Below are positions 38,803-48,800 of a stretch of DNA of 64,000 nucleotides, in pieces (positions within the stretch are counted from its first letter, which is position 1; each line of letters starts with the position of its first letter). Source of the stretch: Dehalococcoidia bacterium (GTDB lineage: Bacteria; Chloroflexota; Dehalococcoidia; Bin125); assembly GCA_963422755.1 (NCBI GenBank), contig OY730488.1; one strand, given 5' to 3'. The translations under genes and the position numbers were made by a program. Under the pieces are notes generated by a model that saw nothing but the letters and a program-made list of their open reading frames with translations, made no database searches and was not told the origin of the DNA.

Positions 38803-40641
38803 TCATGGGGTCATAGTCCCCCAGTCTGACCACTCTCGAAGACCATACATGTCCTCAGCCCTCACGCGCGCTCGGTAAGTTTCAGTCCTCTTCGGCGAGT
38901 TGTGGGGCCGAATGCCGAGCGGAATGAACAGAGCGGAATACTTCCCGAGCACTGCAGATGTGGTGTTGAAGGAACAAGTCGTACAATCTATTTCTACGTA
39001 GTAGACCACATCATTCACATTCACATTCACTGGAGCCCAGTTGATAGCTAGATCCCAGCTGGTAGCTAGGCTACCGTCCGATATCCTCCACTGCTCCATC
39101 CTCCACTGCACAGTGGGGGGGGCTATCGTCGTGACGACGGGGCGCTCCGTCTCGGTCACCCAGGCCGACCACGCTCCAGGACCATACTTGTCGACAGCCT
39201 GCACACGCGCACGGTAAGTGTGATATGACTCCTGCCGGCTGAACCGGACGCTGACAGTCGGATTTCGGCGCGCGCGTACTTTGAAGTCATCAGTATAGGA
39301 GCACGGCGCAACACAATCCACTTCTATGTTGTAACTGGTCGCCCCTTTCACGTGATCCCAGTTGACATATAGCTTGGTGTGCGTCCTCCAATCATCAGGG
39401 TAATGATATGGCGGCTGAATCTCGTGCCACCGCAACGTAGGGGCGGCCACCGCGATGGCAGGGGTCGGCTCCTCGGTCTTCCAGTCCGACCATGGCCATT
39501 TCCCAGATCTAGTGACGGCGCGCACTCGAACCCGATACGTCTCATCGGCAGGCATTGTAAGGATTGAATACGACCGGGGAGCCTGTACGCGATACGTCTT
39601 TTTGTCCGAACAATCATCTGTTGACGTGCATTCGATTCTGACGCGGTATTCGGTAGCACCTGCTACGTCGTCCCAATTGATACCAACTTTACCACTCCTC
39701 TTCCTCGTCACAGCCGGTGTCGCAACCTTGCGATCTGGTTCGTTCGCGACCTCGATAGTGTCGGACCACCAGGACCAAGCCAACCTTGTTCTGCCAGCCC
39801 CCACCCCGCGCACGCTCGCTCGAAAGATATCACCTGCCGGCATATCACCAGGCGCAACTATTCTATACGACTTGGGATTCCCCGACCGCGACCGCAGGCC
39901 AAAGAATTCCTTGCCCCCCCCCCAGTCACCACCCGCCGTCTTTCCTTGAATCCTTACATCATAAGCTACGCTGCTATCAATCGGGTTCCAATTTACACCA
40001 TATCTCCCATCTGGCCGCAGGATGAACCTGGGGCGGTGAATTACATCACCCAAACCCTCCGTGCCCCAATCGAACAGACGCGCCTGAAATTGAACATCGT
40101 CAACCTCCAGACCATCCCACCAGCCACTCGCCCCATCCGAAGAAGCATGGCTGCCTAGATTTACAACTCTACGAGCTCCATCAACCTTATGTACTATGAT
40201 ATCTACATCACCGAGAGTAGAAGAACCGAATCCTGCCCATAAGACGCGAAGCTGATTTCCATCTTGCTCCAGCGAGGGCTTCGGAAGCGACGCCGGACCT
40301 CTAATTACATCACCTAAACCCTCGCTAAAGCCATCATTGTCCAGACGCGCCCGAAATCGAGCATCGCCAACCTTCATACCAGTCCACCAGGGACTCTTCC
40401 CATTCGTAGGATCATGTCTGCCTAGATTTTCAACTCTACGATTTCCATCAGCATCATGTACTATGATCTCCACTATGATACTAAGAGAACCGAATGGTGT
40501 CCATACGACGCGAAGCTGATTTCCCTGTCGCTCCAGCGAGGGCTGCGGAATCGCCTGCGCCTCAGCGGTTTGCAGAGGCGCCACACTGGCTAGAACAGCC
40601 AGCAAGATAGCCGCCAGCCCGACGACAAGTCCGAATTTCAT
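38803..40641 (-). CDS. Secreted FN3-like repeat protein 5 (2 atypical N-terminal repeats + ~4 FN3-like domains)
   Basis: Signal peptide MKFGLVVGL..AEA; WSWWS, WSDW, WSAW; RBS GGAGG; lower GC. Confidence 0.8.
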   Translation of the reverse strand: MKFGLVVGLAAILLAVLASVAPLQTAEAQAIPQPSLERQGNQLRVVWTPFGSLSIIVEIIVHDADGNRRVENLGRHDPTNGKSPWWTGMKVGDARFRARLDNDGFSEGLGDVIRGPASLPKPSLEQDGNQLRVLWAGFGSSTLGDVDIIVHKVDGARRVVNLGSHASSDGASGWWDGLEVDDVQFQARLFDWGTEGLGDVIHRPRFILRPDGRYGVNWNPIDSSVAYDVRIQGKTAGGDWGGGKEFFGLRSRSGNPKSYRIVAPGDMPAGDIFRASVRGVGAGRTRLAWSWWSDTIEVANEPDRKVATPAVTRKRSGKVGINWDDVAGATEYRVRIECTSTDDCSDKKTYRVQAPRSYSILTMPADETYRVRVRAVTRSGKWPWSDWKTEEPTPAIAVAAPTLRWHEIQPPYHYPDDWRTHTKLYVNWDHVKGATSYNIEVDCVAPCSYTDDFKVRARRNPTVSVRFSRQESYHTYRARVQAVDKYGPGAWSAWVTETERPVVTTIAPPTVQWRMEQWRISDGSLATSWDLAINWAPVNVNVNDVVYYVEIDCTTCSFNTTSAVLGKYSALFIPLGIRPHNSPKRTETYRARVRAEDMYGLREWSDWGTMTP

Positions 40642-40715
40642 TGGACACCTCCGCTTTCCATCGCAGAACTCTGCCGCAATCAAGGCTGATTCTGCCACAC
40701 GTGCGCGGCACATCA

Positions 40716-40843
40716 GCATCGGCTGTTGGCAACAGCGCGGGCAAGATAACACATAACGCCTGCCAACGAGCAATCCCTACCTGCTCAGACAGCTGCCAAC
40801 CCGAAATCCCCACCAGGCGAGACGCCTCTGGCGCTCGCGCCCC
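40716..40843 (-). promoter_or_regulatory. Conserved FN3-gene upstream cassette, copy C
   Basis: Near-identical to copy A; hairpin shows a compensatory base-pair change. Confidence 0.7.
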
Positions 40844-40858
40844 TGCGGCCATGGGTGA

Positions 40859-41830
40859 CTACGCGCAAACCTCATCATCGAGCGACCAGCGGTTGTACTC
40901 GGGATCTGGCTGAGCGGCGAGGAAGGCACGGGCGTCGAGCCACATCTGCCGCCAGGCGAACGCATCCGAGAGCACCGCGTCGGGATCGCGGCGGCTGCGC
41001 GCGACAAAGCCCGGGAAGGCTGCTCGTCCGGTCGGCTGGCCCGGCGGGTGGTAGCGCAGGTCGAAGCTCCAGCGGATGCGCTCGCTGAGGTTGGGCAGCG
41101 CCGCGTGCACAGTTCGACGGTGCAGGAAGAGGCAGCCGCCAGCCGGTAGCGGTACCGCTCGTGCCGAGGCTTCGCCTGGTAGCAGCGATGAAGGAATATT
41201 GAGACCCTGCACACCCGAGCAATGCGTCAGCACTTCGCCGCGATGTGAGCCCGGGATCACCTGCAAACAGCCATTCTGCGCGTCGGTGTCCATCAACGGA
41301 AACCAGACGGTCAACATCTCGGTGTCGTCGGCGGAGGCGTTGATGACACCAGAATCCTGATGCCAGGGAGTGGCGCCGTAGATCACATTGCCGTCAGCGT
41401 CGCGCGGGGCGATCAACTCGGGCACTTTGACTCGCACGTGTTGAACCGGGTTGGAATATATCTCTGGGCCGATGAAGCACTCGACGGTGTCCAGCAGGCT
41501 GGGGTTGGTCAGCGCCTCGAATACGGCTGGCCCGGCCCAGAACGGCGTGTCCGCCGTAATCCCTTTCTGCGGCAGCGAGAAATCAAAATACTGCGCATGC
41601 ACCCGCTGCGACTCAACGTAGACCTTCGAGACACGCTCGCCAAAGGGAAGATCGGCGTACGGCTCAGAGATCGCCCCCTCCGCGTGGAGCTCACGTGCCA
41701 ACGTGTCGAGCACGCCAGCGTACTCATCCATAACCGGCGCAATCACCTCTTCAGGATCAAAGACCTCCTCAACAGCGAGGAACCCGAAGGTCTCGAAGTG
41801 GTCGCGTTGCTCGGAAGTCAGCGTGGGCAT
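40859..41830 (-). CDS. Phytanoyl-CoA dioxygenase family (Fe/2OG) protein
   Basis: PWHQD, TVWFPL, NGCLQVIPGSH, VHAALPN, RWSFDLRY. Confidence 0.92.
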   Translation of the reverse strand: MPTLTSEQRDHFETFGFLAVEEVFDPEEVIAPVMDEYAGVLDTLARELHAEGAISEPYADLPFGERVSKVYVESQRVHAQYFDFSLPQKGITADTPFWAGPAVFEALTNPSLLDTVECFIGPEIYSNPVQHVRVKVPELIAPRDADGNVIYGATPWHQDSGVINASADDTEMLTVWFPLMDTDAQNGCLQVIPGSHRGEVLTHCSGVQGLNIPSSLLPGEASARAVPLPAGGCLFLHRRTVHAALPNLSERIRWSFDLRYHPPGQPTGRAAFPGFVARSRRDPDAVLSDAFAWRQMWLDARAFLAAQPDPEYNRWSLDDEVCA

Positions 41831-41850
41831 ACCTGTCGTCTCGTTCCCGC

Positions 41851-43773
41851 CTAGATGTCTAACTTCTGGATCGCAGACAGCGTTGCTTCGCCGCGCAGCT
41901 CGGCGGAGCCCACCGGCCAGTTGACGTTGGCCGACGTGATCGTCGCTGCGGACACCTCCGTGAGGAACAACCACGAGTAGTTGTCGTAGAACGTCACGTA
42001 GAGCTGCTCGAGCAGGTCGGCGCGTTCTGTGGGGTCGAGCGCCTGGTTCTGCGCCTCGTACAGCTCGTGAATCTCGGTCTCCGGGTAGACGCTCACGGCG
42101 TAGAAGCCGTTCTCGCTGACGCCGGAACCGATCACGGTCTCGGGCTCGGCGATCGTGTTCGTGAAGAACCAGAACATGCCTGGCAGCTCGAAGGTGCGCA
42201 CGGTTTGGAAGTACTCCGAGCTGAGGTATTCCTTGATGGTCGTGCGGATGCCGACAGCCTCCAGGTACTCCTGGACTGGCAATGCCATGATCGGCACGAT
42301 CGGCTGGAAGTCCGTGACGATATGGAGGTCGATATCGATCCCATCCGGATAGCCAGCCTCGGCCAGCAACGCCTTGGCCCGCTCGGGATCGTAGCCGTGA
42401 TAGCGCGACTCCAGTGATTCGCCGGGATAGCCGATCGTGCCGCGATAGGGACCGAAGGCCGGCCCCTCAGAGCCGGTCAGAAGGCCTTCGATAATCTCTT
42501 CCCGGTTGATCGCCAAGTTGGCAGCCTCGCGCACGCGGATGTCGAGGAACGGGTTCGGCTCTCCATCTACCTCCGCCACCGTGTCATGCGTGTTGAACAT
42601 GATGTAGTGGCTCGGCTGACCAGACGGCTGGTAGAGCACCTTGAAGTTGGGGTTGTCGCGGTACGGCTCGGCCACGTCGGTTGGCAGGTTGTAGACCGCG
42701 TCGATCTCGCCCGCCTCGATTCCGGCGATCTGCGCCAGCGGCTCGGGCCGAAGCTGCACGTCCAGGTCCTTGTACCAGGGCAGGCGTGGATTGGTCAGGC
42801 CGTCGCGCGGTTTGTGATAGTCGTCGTAGCGAGTCCATTTGGCGCCCACATCCGGGTCGGACTCGACGAAGCGGAACGGGCCGGTTCCGACGGCGAAGAC
42901 GCTGTCGACGTGCGCGTCGCCGTATTCCTCGACGTACGCCTTAGACAGGTGTCGAACGGCGCCAGACATGATCGAGCCGGCCAATGAGGCGTTCGGCGAC
43001 GGTGTCTCAACGGCGAAGGTCAGATCGTCCGTCACGCTGTAGCTGACGAAGTTCTGCGTTCCGAACGTCTGGCGCGCGGACGCCCACTCGTTGGGATGGT
43101 CGCTCGTGTCGCCGCCCTGGTGGTATGACGCCGCTGAGGACACGCGCTCGAAGTTGAACTGCAGGTCGTGCGCGGTGTACGGCGTGCCGGTATGGAACAT
43201 GATCCCCGGCGTGACGTGGAAGATTATGTTGGTGGGGTCGACGATTTCCGGCAGCTGGACCAGGTTGGGCTGCAAGGCCGCTGTCTCCGGGTGGTTCGAC
43301 ATGCCCGAATCGAATGTGCAGGCGCCGTTGACGTAGTTGGTCTGCGATCCCGAACGCTGCGGGTCGAGCCCGGCCGTGTAGCGGCCGATCGCTACGCGCA
43401 CGGTCGCGTCGAGGTCGACCTGAGGTTCGGCGGCTTGCTGGTCCTGTTCCGCCTCTTCGCGCTCGATCGCTTCGACCGTGCCGCGCTCCTGCTGTTCCTG
43501 CTGCTCGACCTGTTGGGCCTGTTGTTCGGCTTGCTGTTCCGCCTGCAGCGGTTGGCCTGCCTGTTGTGGCTGAGCCTGTTGCTGCGCAGGTTGGGGCTGT
43601 GGTTGTTCTTGCTGCTGTACCTGTGCGACCTGTTGCGAGTCGTCGTCATCGTCGCCGCAGCCGACCAACGCCAAACCAGTCGCGCCGACACCCGCGCGGG
43701 CGGACGCTCTCAGCAACGAGCGACGCGACAGCTGCCGATGGGGCAGACGGGTCCAATAGTTTCGTGTGGTCAT
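41851..43773 (-). CDS. ABC transporter substrate-binding protein, family 5 (Tat lipoprotein)
   Basis: SRRSLL, LVGC, Q-rich linker, GTGPF, VREAANLAINRE, YDPERAKALLAEAGY. Confidence 0.92.
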   Translation of the reverse strand: MTTRNYWTRLPHRQLSRRSLLRASARAGVGATGLALVGCGDDDDDSQQVAQVQQQEQPQPQPAQQQAQPQQAGQPLQAEQQAEQQAQQVEQQEQQERGTVEAIEREEAEQDQQAAEPQVDLDATVRVAIGRYTAGLDPQRSGSQTNYVNGACTFDSGMSNHPETAALQPNLVQLPEIVDPTNIIFHVTPGIMFHTGTPYTAHDLQFNFERVSSAASYHQGGDTSDHPNEWASARQTFGTQNFVSYSVTDDLTFAVETPSPNASLAGSIMSGAVRHLSKAYVEEYGDAHVDSVFAVGTGPFRFVESDPDVGAKWTRYDDYHKPRDGLTNPRLPWYKDLDVQLRPEPLAQIAGIEAGEIDAVYNLPTDVAEPYRDNPNFKVLYQPSGQPSHYIMFNTHDTVAEVDGEPNPFLDIRVREAANLAINREEIIEGLLTGSEGPAFGPYRGTIGYPGESLESRYHGYDPERAKALLAEAGYPDGIDIDLHIVTDFQPIVPIMALPVQEYLEAVGIRTTIKEYLSSEYFQTVRTFELPGMFWFFTNTIAEPETVIGSGVSENGFYAVSVYPETEIHELYEAQNQALDPTERADLLEQLYVTFYDNYSWLFLTEVSAATITSANVNWPVGSAELRGEATLSAIQKLDI

Positions 43774-43878
43774 CTGCGGATACCTCCAATAGCGGTCCAG
43801 ATCGAATGAACCACAACCATTCGCCACAGTCTAACTACCGACCGATGCCACTGTGTGATCCAGCTGAATTGCTGGGCG

Positions 43879-44778
43879 CTAGCCAAGGTTGCGGAGGCGC
43901 GGGTCGAGCAGGTCGCGCAGCCAATCGCCGACGAGGTTGCCGCTGAGCGCGACGAGCATGAGGGCAAGGCCAGGCATCCACATCACCCACCAGGCGTGCG
44001 TCAGGTAATTGCGCGCTTCGGAAATCATCCGCCCCCACGTGGCCTGCTCCACCGGCGCGCCGACGCCGAGAAAGCTGAGCGAGGCCTCGGCGACGATCAC
44101 AATGGGGATTTCGAGAGTCATGATCACCACGATGGTGTTGAACACGTTCGGCAGCAGCTGCTTACGCATGATCCACCAATTGCTCGCGCCGGCCGCCAAT
44201 GAGGCCACGACGAACTCTCGCTCCTTGAGCGACAGCACTTCTGCGCGAATCAAACGGGCGTATACCGTCCAGGTCCAGATCAGCAGGATCAGAATCACAT
44301 TCCACAATGAGGCGCCCAACACTGCGCCCAGCAGGACGGCGAACAAAATCGCCGGCAGCGCCAGCTGGACGTCGACGTAGCGCATCAGCAGCTGGCCAAC
44401 GACGCCTCCACGCCAGCCGGCGAACATACCGATCATCGTGCCGAACGCCGCAGCCCCGGGCACCACGGTCAAGACCACGATGAGAGACACTTGGGCGCCG
44501 TGCACAACCCGCGTCCAGATGTCCCGTCCCACATGGTCAGTGCCCAGGGGGTACTCCGATGTCCCGCCGGAAAAGACGGGCGGTTCCAGCCGATCTAGCA
44601 GATTCGTATCGCCCGGATCGCCCGGCGCAATGAGGTCGGCGAAGATGCCGCAGACGACGAACGCGATCATCACCGTCAGCGGCGGCAGCACCAACAGGTA
44701 GCGCCGCCAGCGGTGCGTCAGCCTCCAGCGCGGACTGGCGGCAACTTCAGCGGTCGGTGCGGCAACTTGCGCGGCCAT
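43879..44778 (-). CDS. Peptide ABC permease (DppC-like)
   Basis: PLGTDHVGRD, LLPN, GDWLRDLLDPRLR. Confidence 0.93.
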   Translation of the reverse strand: MAAQVAAPTAEVAASPRWRLTHRWRRYLLVLPPLTVMIAFVVCGIFADLIAPGDPGDTNLLDRLEPPVFSGGTSEYPLGTDHVGRDIWTRVVHGAQVSLIVVLTVVPGAAAFGTMIGMFAGWRGGVVGQLLMRYVDVQLALPAILFAVLLGAVLGASLWNVILILLIWTWTVYARLIRAEVLSLKEREFVVASLAAGASNWWIMRKQLLPNVFNTIVVIMTLEIPIVIVAEASLSFLGVGAPVEQATWGRMISEARNYLTHAWWVMWMPGLALMLVALSGNLVGDWLRDLLDPRLRNLG

Positions 44779-45707
44779 CAGAGCGCCGCCATACGGATGC
44801 GCGGATCAATCACCCGATAGCTCATGTCAACGATCAGATTGCCCAGCGTGATTGACGCTGCAATTACGACCAGACCAGCTTGCACGGTCGGATAGTCGGA
44901 CTGCAGGATTGACTCAATCATCAATCGGCCGATGCCCGGCCAAGAGAACACCACTTCAATGATCACCGAGCCGGCGATCAGCCGCCCCAGTTCGATGCCC
45001 AGAATCGTCATCACGGGGATCAGCGCATGCCGCAGCCCATGGCGCAAGATCACCGTCCGCTCGGTGAGGCCCTTGGCCCGCGCTGTGCGGATGAAATCCG
45101 TGCTCATCACGTCGATCATCCCGGACCGCGTCAGGCGCATGAAGCCGGCGGCCGAAAGCAATCCCAGCGCGAACGCTGGCAGGATCAGCGAGCGGAAGCC
45201 TGCTGACCCGGCGGTCGGAAACCACGAGACTTTGGTCGCCAGGAAGAAGATCAACATCAGGCCGAGCCAGAAGCTGGGAGTGGCCTGACCGAAAACAGCG
45301 ATCAGGCGCGCCAGCCAATCCAGCGGCGAGCCACGCCGCAGGGCGGCAAAGACGCCGAGCGGCAAGCCCAGCCCCAGCGCCACGACCAGTCCAGCGGCGG
45401 TCAGCTTCACCGTACCGAGCACCTTGCCCGCCACGATGTCGAGCGCCGCCCCCGTGCGGTGAAATGAATAGCCCAGATCGCCCTGAACAGCGTCACCGAT
45501 GAACCGGCCGTACTGCACGATCATCGGATCGTTCAGCCCGAGCCGTTCTCGGATCCGTTCGTAATCCTCATTGGTGGCGTCGAACGGCAGCAGCGAGGTC
45601 TCAGGGTTGCCGATCATCCGCGAGAAGATGAAGACGATGCTGACCACAACCCAGATCACCAGGATGGTTTGCAGCAAACGAATCAGGAGCAGATTGGCGA
45701 ACTCCAT
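44778..45707 (-). CDS. Peptide ABC permease (DppB-like)
   Basis: LGLNDP..QY, PSFWLG, DFIRTARAKGL, IDPRIR. Confidence 0.93.
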   Translation of the reverse strand: MEFANLLLIRLLQTILVIWVVVSIVFIFSRMIGNPETSLLPFDATNEDYERIRERLGLNDPMIVQYGRFIGDAVQGDLGYSFHRTGAALDIVAGKVLGTVKLTAAGLVVALGLGLPLGVFAALRRGSPLDWLARLIAVFGQATPSFWLGLMLIFFLATKVSWFPTAGSAGFRSLILPAFALGLLSAAGFMRLTRSGMIDVMSTDFIRTARAKGLTERTVILRHGLRHALIPVMTILGIELGRLIAGSVIIEVVFSWPGIGRLMIESILQSDYPTVQAGLVVIAASITLGNLIVDMSYRVIDPRIRMAAL

Positions 45708-45803
45708 GCTGACGGCATTCTAGGCAGCTCAGGCGGGCCTGAGCTACGGAGCGAGGATCACGGCACGAGGCCGGTTGGCTGGAGGGGCGCGATTCGAGGC
45801 GTG

Positions 45804-48800
45804 CTACCAGCTGTCGATATAGGGGCGGCGGCCCTCGCGGATCGGATCGGGGTTCGGCGCAGCGTCCAGCATGCGCACGATCCACTGACGCGTCTCGGCC
45901 GGGTCGATCACGTCGTCCGACTCGAGCACGGTGGCGGCGTTGTAGGCGTTGCCACGCTCGTAAGCGTCGGCAACCATCTGCTCGTAGACGCGCGTGCGTT
46001 CGGCCAGATCTTCGATCTGTTCGAGCTGAGCGCGCGCGCCGAGCTTGACACCTGCTTCGAGGTTCATGCCGCCGTACTCCGCCGTCGGCCAGGCGAGGTT
46101 GAAGAGGCCGGCCTCGGTGCTGCCGGCGATCATCGCCAGCCCACCCAGTCCATAGCACTTGCGTAGCGTCAGCGTCATCCGCGGCGTACTCATATTGGCC
46201 AACGACACGAAGACACGGTGGCAGTGCCGAACCAGGCCGGTTTTCTCGACTTCCGGCCCAACCATCATGCCCGGTGTGTCAACGAGCGTGAGCACCGGGA
46301 TGTTCCAGCAGTCGCAAATCTGGGCGAAGCGCGCGAGCTTGTCGGCGCCCGGACTGTCGACCGCACCGCCGAGATGCATATTGTTGTTGGCAATCACCCC
46401 AACCGGTCGGCCCGCCACGCGAATCAACGTCGTTACCACGCCGATACCGAACTCAGGCCGCAGCTCCAGCACGGAATCGTCGTCGGCCAGCAGCCGAATC
46501 ACTTCGCGCACGTCGTACGTGCGTAGCCGATTCTCAGGGATGACATGGCGTAGCTGCCGCTGATCGGGGCAGCTCCAGTCGGCTACACGTCCCTGGAAGT
46601 ACGAGAGGTACTGCTTGGCTGCGGCCATCGCCTCCGCTTCGTCCTGGACAAAGATGTCGACGACGCCGTTGGGTACCTGCTGAGACATCGGTCCCAGCTC
46701 CTCCGGCAGAAAGAGTCCCAGACCGCCGCCGTCGATCACGGCTGGACCGCCCATCGCGATATTCGATCCCTCGGTGGCGATGATGATGTCGCACATGCCG
46801 AGCATCGAGGCGTTGCCGGCGAAGCAGCGACCCGCAGTGATCGAAATCATCGGTACGCGGCCGGAGAGCTCGGCCAGACGCTCGAACGTGCGCACGTTGC
46901 GCGCCGCGACACGCGTGTAGGCGGCATCGGTGTCGCCCGAGCGTCCGCCAGCACCCTCGGCGATGAAGATCAACGGCGTCAGCAATCGGTGCGCCGTCTC
47001 GATCATGCGGTCGGTCTTCTCGTGCCCGCGCAGCCCCTGCGTCCCCGCCAGGACCGTCTCGTCGTAGGAGATGATCGCGGTTGACGCCGCCGAGTTGTCG
47101 AACAAGTCTGCATTGACAGTGCCGAGCCCGCAAATCAGGCCGTCCGCTGGTGTCTTTTCACGCAGCTCGTCCCACGAGCGAACGCGCCGCTGGGCGGCAA
47201 CCGCGAGCGGCATGTACTCGTTCCAGGTACCGCCCTCGACGAGCTGCGCGATGTTCTCGCGCGCCGTTCGACGCCCCTTCCCTCGACGCCGCTCGACGGC
47301 GGCGGGGCGATGGTGATCGAGGATCATTTCGTGCAGATCGATATTGTGCTGCAGATCGGGCCGAATGTAGTCCAGATCGACCTCATCAGAGCCGCTCGCG
47401 GCCGTAGCGCCAACCTCCGCCGGCTCGATAAACGCGAGCGGATGGCCTTCCCAGATGATGTCGCCGACGGAGACGGTGATCTCCCGCACGATGCCGCCGA
47501 CGTCGGCGGTCAGGACATGCTCCATCTTCATCGCGTTCATGACGATGATGTCCTGACCGAGGGCGACGGTGTCTTCTTCGTCGGCCAGGATCTCGATGAT
47601 TGTGCCTTGGATTGGCGCACGCAGCGGCTCGGTCCCGGGCGGGCCGATGATCTCGGGCACGGGGGAACCGGCGCGATCAGCCTCAAGCCCGCGGTTGACG
47701 TCCAACGATGCCGCGCCCGCGCCCTGTCGGAAGAAGTCCAACGCGGCCAAGGGATCGCTGACCTGATTCTCCACTTTGGCGCCCGCCCAAGCCGACTGAG
47801 CGGCATCCGCGGTAGTATCGACCGCTGCCGCCAGCTCGCTGACGTGCTCGTCGACCCAGCGCGTGTGCACGTCGCCGGCGACAAAGTCCGGATGACGCAG
47901 GATGTTGGCGAGGAAACCGAGATTAGACTCCGGGCCGTCGAGTTGAAATTCGTCGAGGGCCCGCTGTGAGCGGCGGACTACATCGGCAAACCGTTCGCTC
48001 GGATGCCGGGCGATGACTTTTGCAATCAGCGAGTCGAAGTTGGGATTGACCGCGTAGCCGGCATAGCCGTACGTATCCACGCGGACGCCAGGGCCGGACG
48101 GCGGGCGGAAGCTGCGCATCGCGCCAGCTGCGGGCCGAACATCGCCGTCTGGGCGCATCCGCTCCAGGTTGACCCGCGTCTGGATGGCGAAGCCCCGCAG
48201 CATCGGTGGCTTGTCCAGGCCAAGTTCCGCCAGCGACGCGCCTTCTGCGATTCGAAGCTGGCACTCGACCAGATCGATTCCCGTCACCTCTTCCGTGACG
48301 GTGTGCTCCACCTGTAAGCGGGCATTCGCCTCGATGAAGAACAGATCGTCCGGCGCATCGGCGTCCACGAGGAACTCAAAGGTGCCTAGGTTCGTGTAAC
48401 CGCCGGCTGAGGCCACTGCAACGGCCGCGTCGGTGATTCGCCGGCGCAGGCCCTCGCTGAGTGTCGGCGAGGGCGCGATCTCGACCAGCTTTTGATAGCG
48501 CCGCTGAATCGTGCATTCGCGTTCGCCAATATGGGCGACAGCACCGTGCTGGTCGGCCACGATCTGGACTTCGATGTGTCGCGCGCGCGGGATGAACTGT
48601 TCAACGAAGAGTGAACCGTCGCCAAAGGCAGCCTGCGCCTCGCGGGCGCAGCGCGCGAACTCGTCATCGATCATGTCCGCACGCTGTACGGCGCGCATCC
48701 CGCGTCCACCGCCACCGGCGACAGCCTTGATCAACATCGGCTGTCCGCCCAACGCGTGAAAGAAGGCGCGCGCGCCATCGAGGTCAACAGCCTCGTCTGT

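Noticed and set aside
24725-40641. Diversity-generating retroelement or invertase shufflon acting on the FN3 genes
   Set aside because: No reverse transcriptase or recombinase in the window, differences between repeats do not look adenine-specific, and all genes share one orientation.
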